This document shows, piece after piece, positions 1 to 9,431 of a stretch of 20,000 nucleotides of DNA; position 1 is the stretch's first letter, and every line of letters begins with the position of its first letter. The stretch lies in IMG/VR virus record IMGVR_UViG_3300020472_000022, one strand, 5' to 3'. Both the position numbers and the translations under genes were made by a program. The notes under the pieces are model-generated. The model was not told the DNA's origin. It saw only the letters and a program-made list of their open reading frames with translations, and ran no database searches. Source of the stretch: an uncultured virus (IMG/VR IMGVR_UViG_3300020472_000022). Taxonomy: Duplodnaviria > Heunggongvirae > Uroviricota > Caudoviricetes.

Positions 1-464
1 AACTGAGCTGCTGCTTCACCTTTAGCAAACAATTTAGTAAAACCTGTAGTTTTAGGAGCGACAGCTGTAAATTTCTTAATAGCTTTTAAACCTTCTATAG
101 GCTTAGTAACTTTCCCAACACCTAAAAAACTACCAGTAAAAGCTCCTATATCTCTTACAAATGAAGCTGCTGCATTTTCAGGTTCAGCTATCTCGGTTAC
201 TTCTTCCTCACCTCTCATAATTTTTACTACATTTTCAGAACCTACAACATGAGTGTATAAATTTTTTAAAAATTCTTCTGTCTTTTCCCTTTCAGAAGCT
301 GTTGGTTTTTTTATCATATTATAAAAATCTAAAGTACCACGAACCACATCACTAGCTCCGCCCGCTACTATTCTTTTAGTGTCTTGACCACTAAAGGATG
401 TTGTTACTTCTAACTCAGAGAGTTTAGATTGTTGTTCTGGTGTAAGAAAAGAATATCTATCCAT
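1..464 (-). CDS. 5' part of a large hypothetical protein, probably an internal virion protein (runs off the left edge)
   Basis: Manual translation from ATG at 464 (MDRYSFLTPEQQSKLSELEV...) stays open to base 1. An AGGA RBS lies upstream, and the gene follows the other putative internal virion genes. Not in the ORF track because it is truncated. Confidence 0.7.
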   Translation of the reverse strand, partial: MDRYSFLTPEQQSKLSELEVTTSFSGQDTKRIVAGGASDVVRGTLDFYNMIKKPTASEREKTEEFLKNLYTHVVGSENVVKIMRGEEEVTEIAEPENAAASFVRDIGAFTGSFLGVGKVTKPIEGLKAIKKFTAVAPKTTGFTKLFAKGEAAAQ

Positions 465-522
465 CTATATTTTTCCTATAATTATAATTAGTGTTGGTTG
501 TAAAGGCTAAGAGTATTTATCA

Positions 523-1896
523 CTATAAAGGTAGGTAATCTAGTACTGATCTCATATTGTGTAACTGTTCCTGTACATATTCAGCTTTAGTAATGTCTCT
601 ACTCTCAAGCATTGATATTATTGCGGGATTAGATAGAGTAGGTATAAGACTAGCAATAACAGAGTTTTCTATTAGTTCTAACCTGTCAGCACCTTCTAAA
701 TCTTGTAGTTGCTTTTGAGCTACCTTTAATCGAGATCTCTCAGTAGCGGTTAATGAGTCTTGTTCCCGTAAAGTACTTATTGTATTTACAAGCCCTGCTA
801 TTGTATAGTTGGTAGGATCTACCTGAAATACATTAATAGCTAGATATTCATCAAGCTGTGATTTATACTCAGGAGATGTCCTATCAATGTCATTTACAGA
901 TGAAAGTTCAGTATTTGTCCTAACCAATCTAGCCTCAAATACTCTAGTTCCATCTTCTACTGATTTGTCAATCTCATCCTTATTTGCTGGATTCAATATT
1001 TTTCCAGTTAAAGCCAAATCAAAAATATCTTCATTCCTAAAACCAATAGAATTAGGTTGGCTTTCTATAAGGCTATATATATCATCAGCAGTATTAGTAT
1101 CTATATCTTGTTGTATTATAATATCTTCAACTCTTTGTAGAGCTTCCTCTTTTGTAAATATTTGTTCTTGTCTAGGAGGCATAAGTTGTCTTTCTTCTTG
1201 AGCTTTAACTATATCTCTAGCACCTGTTCTATCTTTATTTTCTAAAGCATATTCTAATTCAGCTTCTTTCTGATCAAAAGCCTTAGGAAATATTTTATTA
1301 ACTGCTGCTCTTAATACAGATGTTTTAGTAGGATCATCTTCAATTTGTGATAAAGCAGCTTTATATTCATTATAGTATGCTTTATTATAATCTTGAAAAC
1401 TAGATGAACTATACAAAGGATTATCTTTGAGAATATCAAACTCCCTTTGTGCCTTATTTCTTAATGATTGATAAAACTCTTCGTCTATTTTCCTAGTTTC
1501 TTCATCAGGTATTAAACTTCTATTATTAAAAGTCATGTTTCTTTTTGTATTCAGATCAGACTCATTATAATATTGTCTAGCTAAATCTGTTATAGCTTTA
1601 TCTGGATCTGAATTATAAGCTGTTAATCTATCTCTATTAGTTTTATTTAATTCACTATTGTAAAGTTCTTGTCTACCTAAATGAGAGATATTATAGCTTT
1701 CTTTTAAATCATCAGTAGCATCTATTATCTTTCTTTTCTGATTATTCTGTAAAGCTCCAAAACCTGATAGAATAGCGGAAGCTATTAAAGCTCTCTCTGC
1801 TCTTTTCTTATCTTCTCTTCGTCTACCTGCTAATAAACTACCAGCAAGTTGTCCGTATTGTTGACCAGCACCTTCGAAAAAATCTTCAATAGCCAT
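523..1896 (-). CDS. Hypothetical protein, putative internal virion (ejection) protein, 457 aa
   Basis: Long ORF with AAGGAG RBS, coupled to the upstream stop (TAATG overlap). N-terminal G/A/L-rich segment followed by helical charged sequence. Function inferred from position only. Confidence 0.6.
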   Translation of the reverse strand: MAIEDFFEGAGQQYGQLAGSLLAGRRREDKKRAERALIASAILSGFGALQNNQKRKIIDATDDLKESYNISHLGRQELYNSELNKTNRDRLTAYNSDPDKAITDLARQYYNESDLNTKRNMTFNNRSLIPDEETRKIDEEFYQSLRNKAQREFDILKDNPLYSSSSFQDYNKAYYNEYKAALSQIEDDPTKTSVLRAAVNKIFPKAFDQKEAELEYALENKDRTGARDIVKAQEERQLMPPRQEQIFTKEEALQRVEDIIIQQDIDTNTADDIYSLIESQPNSIGFRNEDIFDLALTGKILNPANKDEIDKSVEDGTRVFEARLVRTNTELSSVNDIDRTSPEYKSQLDEYLAINVFQVDPTNYTIAGLVNTISTLREQDSLTATERSRLKVAQKQLQDLEGADRLELIENSVIASLIPTLSNPAIISMLESRDITKAEYVQEQLHNMRSVLDYLPL

Positions 1897-2627
1897 TATT
1901 CATCTCCTTTACTTAATAAACTTCTTATTTCTGGACCTTGTGTTTTAACCTGAGCAAGAATACTCTGAGGTACAGCATTTGTATCAACTTTAGAAGTGTC
2001 CATATTTTTTAAAGTTCCATTCTTAATATCTGTAAAAACATTTCTAAAGTTATCTATGTTTGCTTTTACTTCATCTTCATCTTCAACATTATCATCAAAC
2101 TCATCTGCATCATCTTTTTCAATGTTATATTGGATATTAGCTTCTTCTCCAATAGCCATGATTGTATACATAACAGGTTCTGCTAATAACATCATAGTAT
2201 CTGCAGTTATTTTACCCTCTGTAAATTTAGTATAAAGTATTGCATTAGCTATATCAGAAACAGCAGCGCCTTTGGCAAGTGCTGGAACTAAATTTTTTAT
2301 AGCTTCAGGTTGTAATATAGAAGCTGTTATATCATCTAAAGCTTCTCTAGGATTAGCAAACTCAGGAGGCTTTTCCCAAGCATAAGGCTGTTCTGGATCA
2401 TTAGTTAAAGACTGACCCGGAATAGCTGCACCTTGACTTGTTAAATTAATAAGCTCATCAAAACTTTCTTGATTAAACTTACCTTTAGCTCGAAGTTTTG
2501 GTCCAGTATCAGGAGCAATTTCTTCTATATCAAATCCTGCATCTAAACCATCAGCAACTAGTTGAGCTGCTGCTTCGCCTATGTTATCAGAAATTATTGA
2601 TTTAACTTGTCGTTTTTCTTTTGCCAT
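1896..2627 (-). CDS. Acidic hypothetical virion-module protein, 243 aa
   Basis: ORF abuts both neighbours. Contains a PGQSLT...PYAWEKPP segment of a kind I recall from podovirus internal-protein modules (not verified). Confidence 0.65.
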   Translation of the reverse strand: MAKEKRQVKSIISDNIGEAAAQLVADGLDAGFDIEEIAPDTGPKLRAKGKFNQESFDELINLTSQGAAIPGQSLTNDPEQPYAWEKPPEFANPREALDDITASILQPEAIKNLVPALAKGAAVSDIANAILYTKFTEGKITADTMMLLAEPVMYTIMAIGEEANIQYNIEKDDADEFDDNVEDEDEVKANIDNFRNVFTDIKNGTLKNMDTSKVDTNAVPQSILAQVKTQGPEIRSLLSKGDE

Positions 2628-3545
2628 TTACGCCACCTGAAAAGTTTGTTGTTTAAATAAATCATTACCATACATAGTGCTTGGATCAGAGTTACCATAT
2701 AATAAATGAGAATATATATCATTTGTATTAATATTATTTGAAGATGCATAAACTCTTAAAGGATCAAAATTACTTGCACCTTCATAAGCAGCTCCTGCCA
2801 TAGCTCCTTGTGTTGCTGGATCACCTGCAATATAATTAGCTGCAACTCCAGATAGAGTTGAACCTAATACAGTTGTTCCTACAGCTTGTGTAACTTGACC
2901 TGCAGTAGTATCAAAAAATCCTTGTGTTGCGGCTACTGCTTCACCAGTTGCAGGATCTATAAGAGACTCTGGACTTAGTTTTACAACATTACCAGCAGCA
3001 TCAATCATTGTTCCTGTTCCATGTATTGTATCTGTGCTTCCTTTAAGCTGTGCTAATGTTCTTCCATCCATAGTAGTTTTAGAAGGGTCTACTACAAACT
3101 CACCGACATTTGATGGCTCTACGACTCCTCCTCCAAGAGGCTGTATTTGCGTATATCCTGCTCTAGAAGCTTCTGAAGTAAGTCCTGTAAGATCAGTAAG
3201 TTTTCCTGCTGTTCCACCTATAAACTTACCTGCTGTGGCGAGAGGTTTGAAAACTGCACCAACATTTAATCCTCCAACAGTAAATCCAGTTATTGTATTA
3301 CTGGCAGCCATCATCCAACTACCAAAACCAGAAGTAGCTAAAGATCCTCCAAACGCACCAATGGCTGCACCTCCTGTAACTATTACAGCAGCAGCGATTG
3401 CTAAAGCTTTTAATACTTTACTTTTTCTAAGTTTTTTTCCTGCTTTTGTTAAACCTCTACCTACTCTTTTAACAGTCTTTTTAATTCGTTTTCCAATACC
3501 ATTAAAAAAACCTTTTATTCCACCTTTGATACCTAAAAAAGCCAT
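2628..3545 (-). CDS. Putative DNA ejection/pilot protein, 305 aa
   Basis: GAGGAG RBS. Lys/Arg-rich amphipathic N-terminus, then a hydrophobic stretch (ALAIAAAVIVTGGAAIGAFGG) and a Gly/Ala/Thr-rich body, as in podovirus membrane-interacting ejection proteins. Confidence 0.55.
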   Translation of the reverse strand: MAFLGIKGGIKGFFNGIGKRIKKTVKRVGRGLTKAGKKLRKSKVLKALAIAAAVIVTGGAAIGAFGGSLATSGFGSWMMAASNTITGFTVGGLNVGAVFKPLATAGKFIGGTAGKLTDLTGLTSEASRAGYTQIQPLGGGVVEPSNVGEFVVDPSKTTMDGRTLAQLKGSTDTIHGTGTMIDAAGNVVKLSPESLIDPATGEAVAATQGFFDTTAGQVTQAVGTTVLGSTLSGVAANYIAGDPATQGAMAGAAYEGASNFDPLRVYASSNNINTNDIYSHLLYGNSDPSTMYGNDLFKQQTFQVA

Positions 3546-3562
3546 TTACTTTCTCCTCTCTA

Positions 3563-5929
3563 TTAACCACTTAAATCAGTAGCTATTGCTCCGATTAATG
3601 CTTGGATACTTTCTACGCTTGCACCATATTTGTCAGGGTCTGAAGCTATTGCAGTATTGACAAGTTGTGCAATCCTATTTCGATTATTCTCAGCATTTCT
3701 AAAATCATAATCTGCTTGATCTCTTAATTGTTGCCACAAGAAGGCTTGTCCTGTTTGTGACATTGCAAAAGCATTTGATGCATTCTGCATATTGATTTGA
3801 TTTTGCATTGCTGTATTAACTGTATTAACATTTCTACGCCATTGAACATTAGATTGTTCTACAGCTGCAGTATTTTGTGCGTTCCATTGATTACGAGCAA
3901 AATCTTGATTTGCATTGAACTGTTCTACTTGAGTTGAAAGTTGTGCATTAAATCTATCAACATCAGCAGCTCTACCAGCATCTCTTGCAGCAGCAGCATT
4001 AGTTGATGTAACATTAAACTGCTCCATTGTATTTTTCTGAGAAACATTAAATTGTTCTACTTGAGCATTTAAACTAGCCATAAATTGCTGTGTTTGATTT
4101 TCACTAGTTGAATTGAATTGTTTAGCAGCATTACTTGCAGATTGATTAGATAACATTCTTTGCTGTGTTTGTTGAGCTTTTAACATATTGGATTGTTGTC
4201 TATTACTAAGATTTGCCATATCTGTTTGTAAGAATGCTTGAGCATTTTGTATTTGCGCTCTTTGATAAAAATCAGCTTCTGCTAAGTTTGCTTGTGATGT
4301 TAAAACTGCATTTTGAATAGCAGCTTGTTGATCATTACTAGCTTCTGTTAAAGAAACAGTCTGTAAAAATTTACTATTAGACAAAGCAATTTGTTGGTCA
4401 GAACTAAACTGAGCCATATCTAAATTAAATACTTTATCAGCATTTGACAAAGCTACTTGTTGTCTTCTCTGTGCATTAGCTTCTTCAGCTTGAGCCTCTA
4501 TATTTTTTTGTTGAGAAACACTTTGTTGTATAGCTTGTGCATTGCTTTGAGCAATAGGTAAAGCACTTTGTATAATAGCATTAAATAAATTATCTCTACC
4601 AACTGAAGATGCTGATAGTCCTCGTCTTGCTAACATAGCTTCAACATTTGCTACTGCTGGAGCAGCCCATGCAGGAATCTCACCTTCTTCAATACCTGTT
4701 AGTAATCCATCAATTTGAGTAGATACTAAAGCTTCTTCAGGTAATCCTTCAATAATTCCTCTTTCTTCTTCAGTAAAATCAGCTAGTCTATCTTCTAAAG
4801 CTTCTGGATCATTTCCTATTGATTGAATATCTTCATCAGATAATCCTGCTTTACTTAGTTGTTTTTTAGCTCTTGTAATTCTAGATAAACTTGTTCCAGC
4901 ATTTTGAGCTGCTTTAGCTTTTGCTTCAGGACTAAGAGTTCCTACAACTCTGTCTGTTAATGCACCTTCAGGAATTTCAACATCAGCTCCCTCTACTGGT
5001 GCTACTCTGTCGACTTTAGCAGCTTCAGCTAAAGAATCATCTCCTACTTCTCCTTGAGCAGTATCAACTGTGACATCTTCATCTACAAGAGTTGGATCAT
5101 ATGTTTTAGTATCTATTTGATCTGGGGTTGTTACAGTATCTGCAGTTCCTTTAGTTACTGTTTCTGGATCAACTCCTTCAGCCCTTGTACCGGTTACAGG
5201 TGTAGTAGCATCCATTCTTGTTTGTCTTTGATCAACTCCTTCTTGAAGTGGAACAGCCTCAGGAACTCTAACATTTTCTGGAAGAACACCTGCTGCAGCT
5301 TCTTCTGGTGTAGGAGGAACATCGCCAACTTTATATTTTTGAGTAGGCGTAGGAGGAGCTGGAGGAGGAGGAGGAGTTGCAGAAGCAAAAGTTGTAGTAT
5401 CTTTTAATGCATCTAAATCTAGTTTCTCTCCGGGTTTTAATGCCGAACCAAAGCCAGTACCAAAGCCACTTGGCATTGGTCTAGTAGATCCTCCCGGTGG
5501 AGCTGTTGCAGCCGTTTGAGAAACAGGTTGTCCTTGTTGTTGTACAGGTTGTCCTGCAGGTACTGGTGTAAATTGAGGTTGTTGTGTAATAGGAGGCTGT
5601 GTAGGTGTCGTTATAGGTGTAGATTGTTGTGTTATACCGCCTACATTTCCACCAGTTTGTATTGCTTCTGAAGCACCACCACCTGTAGGTTGTTGTACAG
5701 GTCCTTGAGTTGGAAGATCCTTTCCTCCAGAACTACCAAGAAAAGGGGTTAAATCTAATCCTCCTTCTCTTTCGGCTTTCTGAGATTCTGCCCACTCTTT
5801 ATAATCCATACTGTATTCTCTACCGGAATCATAATCTTTCCGTAATGGCATTGGTCCACCAGCTTGATAACTAACCCTACCGCCTTTGCGATAGTCCTGT
5901 CTCTTTTTATATTGTCTTTTACGAGCCAT
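3563..5929 (-). CDS. Putative internal virion/ejection protein, 788 aa, with Pro/Gln/Thr-rich N-region and Gln/Asn/Ala-rich coiled-coil C-region
   Basis: Long ORF. The C-terminal third carries QFN-type motifs spaced 11 residues apart. Confidence 0.65.
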   Translation of the reverse strand: MARKRQYKKRQDYRKGGRVSYQAGGPMPLRKDYDSGREYSMDYKEWAESQKAEREGGLDLTPFLGSSGGKDLPTQGPVQQPTGGGASEAIQTGGNVGGITQQSTPITTPTQPPITQQPQFTPVPAGQPVQQQGQPVSQTAATAPPGGSTRPMPSGFGTGFGSALKPGEKLDLDALKDTTTFASATPPPPPAPPTPTQKYKVGDVPPTPEEAAAGVLPENVRVPEAVPLQEGVDQRQTRMDATTPVTGTRAEGVDPETVTKGTADTVTTPDQIDTKTYDPTLVDEDVTVDTAQGEVGDDSLAEAAKVDRVAPVEGADVEIPEGALTDRVVGTLSPEAKAKAAQNAGTSLSRITRAKKQLSKAGLSDEDIQSIGNDPEALEDRLADFTEEERGIIEGLPEEALVSTQIDGLLTGIEEGEIPAWAAPAVANVEAMLARRGLSASSVGRDNLFNAIIQSALPIAQSNAQAIQQSVSQQKNIEAQAEEANAQRRQQVALSNADKVFNLDMAQFSSDQQIALSNSKFLQTVSLTEASNDQQAAIQNAVLTSQANLAEADFYQRAQIQNAQAFLQTDMANLSNRQQSNMLKAQQTQQRMLSNQSASNAAKQFNSTSENQTQQFMASLNAQVEQFNVSQKNTMEQFNVTSTNAAAARDAGRAADVDRFNAQLSTQVEQFNANQDFARNQWNAQNTAAVEQSNVQWRRNVNTVNTAMQNQINMQNASNAFAMSQTGQAFLWQQLRDQADYDFRNAENNRNRIAQLVNTAIASDPDKYGASVESIQALIGAIATDLSG

Positions 5930-5931
5930 AA

Positions 5932-6105
5932 TTATTTCATCCTATTAGTAAGTTCTTTAACAGTATCAGTTTCCCATATCCTGATACCAGTCCATATCAA
6001 TGTAAACAAAGCAGCTAGAGGAGGCAGCCATCCCATTAAAGCACCAGCAGTTCCTGATACAGCTATTACATCTACTACTGTTTTTAATTCTTCATCAAGC
6101 GGCAT
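5932..6105 (-). CDS. Small membrane protein, holin-like, 57 aa (absent from the ORF track)
   Basis: Manual translation: MPLDEELKTVVDVIAVSGTAGALMGWLPPLAALFTLIWTGIRIWETDTVKELTNRMK*. AGGAGA RBS, fills the gap before the 788-aa gene, hydrophobic core with charged ends. Confidence 0.7.
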   Translation of the reverse strand: MPLDEELKTVVDVIAVSGTAGALMGWLPPLAALFTLIWTGIRIWETDTVKELTNRMK

Positions 6106-6162
6106 TAAACCTTCTCCTGTTCTTTTAATATCTTTATATTGTGTGTATTTTATATTCCATAC

Positions 6163-6408
6163 TTATGGAGTATAAGCTTTTGCTTTGGTAATAGCTGCAT
6201 TAATTGCAGTAAAATCTTCGCTTCCCCAATCATCTAATGCGACACCATATTCTAAATAACCACAAGTTCGTAATACGCGGGCTTGTTTTTCAGCGTTGGT
6301 CATATCGTTACAAAAGTCATTGCTGTCGTCTAGACAGTTATCAATAACAGTAATCATACCTACCATAGCATTATACATTTGTGCTTTTTCATCTGATGTT
6401 CTTGCCAT
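6163..6408 (-). CDS. Hypothetical protein, 81 aa (possible tail-fibre accessory protein)
   Basis: AAGGAG RBS. Would directly follow the tail-fibre gene if the 438-bp insert were removed. Confidence 0.7.
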   Translation of the reverse strand: MARTSDEKAQMYNAMVGMITVIDNCLDDSNDFCNDMTNAEKQARVLRTCGYLEYGVALDDWGSEDFTAINAAITKAKAYTP

Positions 6409-6420
6409 TTATTTTACTCC

Positions 6421-6442
6421 TTACATTTACATTTATTGTTTT
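6421..6442. repeat. 22-bp direct repeat, copy 1 (TTACATTTACATTTATTGTTTT)
   Basis: Identical to 6859-6880. Confidence 0.95.
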
Positions 6443-6816
6443 TTTCTTTTAAATATTTTCCAATCTTTAGAACGCCTTCCATTTTTAATAAGAGTTCCTT
6501 TTTGTTCTAGTTCTCCATTCTCATAGAAAATTTCACATAGTCCATTAGGAATACCATCTTTATGCATAGTTTTTCGTTGTATGTTTCCGTTTTCCCAATA
6601 CCAAGTTGCTAATCCAATTCTATATCCTGCTCTATTATTTGGTAAATTTCCTTGTACAACTCTATTAGAAGGTCTATTTTTTGGATCACCAGTTTCATAC
6701 TCTTCTGGAAAAATTTTAGTTCCTATTGGTTTATTAATAAATTCTTTTGGCATCTCTACATAGTAACCAGTAAATTTTAATGTTTTATTATCTTCTTGGA
6801 ATCTTTCAATAAACAC
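6433..6816 (-). CDS. MORN-variant/YwqK-like repeat protein, 127 aa (GTG start)
   Basis: GLATWYWENGNIQRKTMHKDGIPNGLCEIFYENGELEQKG has two G-x-x-x-x-Y/F-Y/W-E-N-G MORN-variant units. Confidence 0.7.
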   Translation of the reverse strand: MFIERFQEDNKTLKFTGYYVEMPKEFINKPIGTKIFPEEYETGDPKNRPSNRVVQGNLPNNRAGYRIGLATWYWENGNIQRKTMHKDGIPNGLCEIFYENGELEQKGTLIKNGRRSKDWKIFKRKKQ

Positions 6817-6851
6817 TACTTCTTCCGATATTTTTGTTAATATAATTTTAA

Positions 6852-8717
6852 TTATTTTTTACATTTACATTTATTGTTTTCTAACTCTTCAACTTTAGCA
6901 GACAGTTCTTGGACTGACTTAACTAACATAGGTACAAATTTACTATAGATTAAACCATACTGATTACCATCATTACTAAGGGTAGTTGTAAGGTTTGTTT
7001 TATCAGCTATATTATAACCATACTCAGATTCTAATTTTTCTACATCTTGAGCTAAGAACCCAGTATCTAACCAATCTTCTTTGTGAGTACCATCAGTAAT
7101 TAAGTCTTTAAAGTCTTTGCCTTGTTCAACATATTTACTTCTTTTGTCCCATCTATAAGTAACAGGTTCTAACTTATTAACAAAGTCTAAACCCATTTCC
7201 ATTGGTGTTACATCTGTTTTATCACGCTTATCAGAAGCTATTGACCAAGCTACTTGAACATTTGCACTAGTAATAGAGGCATGACCAAGACATATATGAT
7301 TACTGTCTGTTGTTATATTTCCACCCGGATTTCCTGTTCTACCTGCATCAGTACCTAAAAATATATTATTAGCACCGCTTGACACCGCAAAACCTGATCC
7401 TTGACCCAATGCAACATTATAATTACCTGTAATTGTACCTCCACCCATAGCATCAGTTCCGATTGCTGTGCTACCATTACCTGTGGTTTGAGCATCAGCA
7501 GCTCTAGCACCAATCATAGTATTTGATACGCCTGTGCTTAAAATTTTTCCTGCTTCATAACCCAAAGCCGTATTATAATTAGAAGTTGCTGAATCAAAGT
7601 CTTGTGTTTGTAAAGCTCCATAACCTACAGCAGTTGCACCACTTCCTAACTGATCTCCTGTTAAAGCATTTGCTCCTACAGCAACATTATAATCAGCATC
7701 TTCTAGAGCATCACCTGCTGAATGACCTATAAAAGTATTATAAACTCCTACAGTCATACCATATCCTGCATTAGCACCTACTGCTGTATTTCGTGTAGTT
7801 GTAACTGATGTAAAGTTTTGTACTCCTAAAGCTGCATATCCTATAGCAGTACTCTGATCTCCTTTAGTGTCTGATCCTAAAGATGAAACACCTATAGCAG
7901 TATTAAAATCAGCATCCGAAAGAGCATCACCTGCAAATGCACCCATAATTGTATTGTTAGTTCCTGTACTTATTGTAGTACCAGCATTATATCCAACGGC
8001 TGTATTATCATTATTAGCATCATTATTTTGTGTGCTTAGTGTCCCATAACCAACAGCCGTTGATCTACTACCTGTATCTTCTGCGTCTAAAGCTGCATAA
8101 CCTATGGCTACATTGTTATCCCCTGTCGTTAAAGCCGTACCAGCTTCATCACCAATAACAGTATTATAATTACCGCCACTTGCAATGCTGTTACCTGCAT
8201 TAACACCTGCTCTAAAGTTACTTGTTCCTGCTGAAGCTGTGATTATATCTGCACCATCTGAAAATGTTGTATCTCCAGCAATAGAAAGGGTTCCTGCCAA
8301 ACTTAAATCTGTAAACGCATCATAAACAACCGCTCCAGAGCCACCTCCATCCGTTGCTATTACTTTTACCTGACCTGCCAAAACAGCGACATTAGCTCCT
8401 GATCCTTGAGAAAAAGTAAGCGTATAGGATGTTGCATTTTCAATAAACCAAACTTTACTAACAGTATTTGGAGCTAGAGTAACAGTACAAGCTTGACCTC
8501 CTCCTGTGCATTTTAAATACAAACTTCTGGCTTCATCGGCAGTTCCATCAGCCATTGTGATAGTATGTGTCGAAGCATCTGCTATGGCTTCTGAGCCATA
8601 GCTAAAGGCAGAAGCAATTTGTTCGATGCTGGCATTAAGTTTTGTTCCCCAGTCACCACTATTCTCTCCAGTAGTTTGTTCTTCAATCCTAAGATCATTT
8701 ACATAAGTGCTTGCCAT
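6852..8717 (-). CDS. Tail fibre/spike with beta-helical 14-aa repeats and a C-terminal intramolecular chaperone (peptidase S74-like) domain, 621 aa
   Basis: Repeated N-T/V-A-V/I-G-Y-x-A turns. SDKRDK autocleavage-type motif, then GFLAQDVE and YSKFVPMLVKSVQELSAKVEELE, which are typical of S74 chaperone domains. Confidence 0.85.
   Translation of the reverse strand: MASTYVNDLRIEEQTTGENSGDWGTKLNASIEQIASAFSYGSEAIADASTHTITMADGTADEARSLYLKCTGGGQACTVTLAPNTVSKVWFIENATSYTLTFSQGSGANVAVLAGQVKVIATDGGGSGAVVYDAFTDLSLAGTLSIAGDTTFSDGADIITASAGTSNFRAGVNAGNSIASGGNYNTVIGDEAGTALTTGDNNVAIGYAALDAEDTGSRSTAVGYGTLSTQNNDANNDNTAVGYNAGTTISTGTNNTIMGAFAGDALSDADFNTAIGVSSLGSDTKGDQSTAIGYAALGVQNFTSVTTTRNTAVGANAGYGMTVGVYNTFIGHSAGDALEDADYNVAVGANALTGDQLGSGATAVGYGALQTQDFDSATSNYNTALGYEAGKILSTGVSNTMIGARAADAQTTGNGSTAIGTDAMGGGTITGNYNVALGQGSGFAVSSGANNIFLGTDAGRTGNPGGNITTDSNHICLGHASITSANVQVAWSIASDKRDKTDVTPMEMGLDFVNKLEPVTYRWDKRSKYVEQGKDFKDLITDGTHKEDWLDTGFLAQDVEKLESEYGYNIADKTNLTTTLSNDGNQYGLIYSKFVPMLVKSVQELSAKVEELENNKCKCKK
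6859..6880. repeat. 22-bp direct repeat, copy 2 (encodes the tail-fibre C-terminal NNKCKCK)
   Basis: Identical to 6421-6442. Confidence 0.95.
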
Positions 8718-8731
8718 ATTCTATTCCTCTA

Positions 8732-9427
8732 TTAAGCTGCTTCTTTCCATGTTGTCGATGCAGCAGATTGTTCTGTCCATGTAGTATCAGCCTCTCCTTG
8801 TTCGTTCCAAGAAGTTGACACATTCGTTTCTTTACCCCATATAAAAGGGATACCAATGGAGCCTGTCATTGCTAAACCTTCTAATGTAATTGATGAGTTT
8901 CCAGTTGTTGTGACACTACCAAGCGAGCCAGTAGATGAAACACCTGTTACTGAAATGGTACTTGCAGTTGATATTACAACTGATCCTAATGAACCAGTAA
9001 TGCTGATTCCAGTAGGAGAAATAATGGCTCCTCCTATTGCTGTTACAGATCCAATGCTTCCACTTGATGCATTACCAGTTACACTGGTATTTGCATCAGC
9101 AGAAATAGTTACGCTACCTAAAGCACTTGTACCAACATTGCCAGTAGGTGATACAACAGCTGTACCTGTAGCTGTAATACTTCCTAATCCGCTTGTGCCA
9201 ACATTACCTGTTGCAGATACATCGGCATTTGCTGAAACGCTAACACTACCTAATGAAGTTGTGCCAGCTAATCCCGTTACAGAAAAACTTGCTCCTGCAC
9301 TGATTGTTACTGATCCTAAAGCTGAAGTAAGGCCAGTGATTGCTTGTTCAGCATCACCATAAGTTAACTCTCCAAAATATATATTAGATGAGTTCCAGCC
9401 TTGATATGCAACTTTGGTATCAGCCAT
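8732..9427 (-). CDS. Repetitive virion structural protein (fibre-like), 231 aa
   Basis: About seven 22-aa repeats beginning (L/I)GS(V/I), then Trp every 10 residues at the C-terminus. Confidence 0.7.
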   Translation of the reverse strand: MADTKVAYQGWNSSNIYFGELTYGDAEQAITGLTSALGSVTISAGASFSVTGLAGTTSLGSVSVSANADVSATGNVGTSGLGSITATGTAVVSPTGNVGTSALGSVTISADANTSVTGNASSGSIGSVTAIGGAIISPTGISITGSLGSVVISTASTISVTGVSSTGSLGSVTTTGNSSITLEGLAMTGSIGIPFIWGKETNVSTSWNEQGEADTTWTEQSAASTTWKEAA

Positions 9428-9431
9428 TTTG

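Noticed and set aside
476..510. Promoter for the leftmost gene (TTTACA...TATAAT)
   Set aside because: The spacer is only 12 bp and the region is very AT-rich.
6134..6160. Tiny minus-strand ORF MEYKIHTI
   Set aside because: Only 8 codons with no convincing RBS.
6852..8717. Diversity-generating retroelement target
   Set aside because: No reverse transcriptase, and I saw no template/variable repeat pair differing only at adenines.
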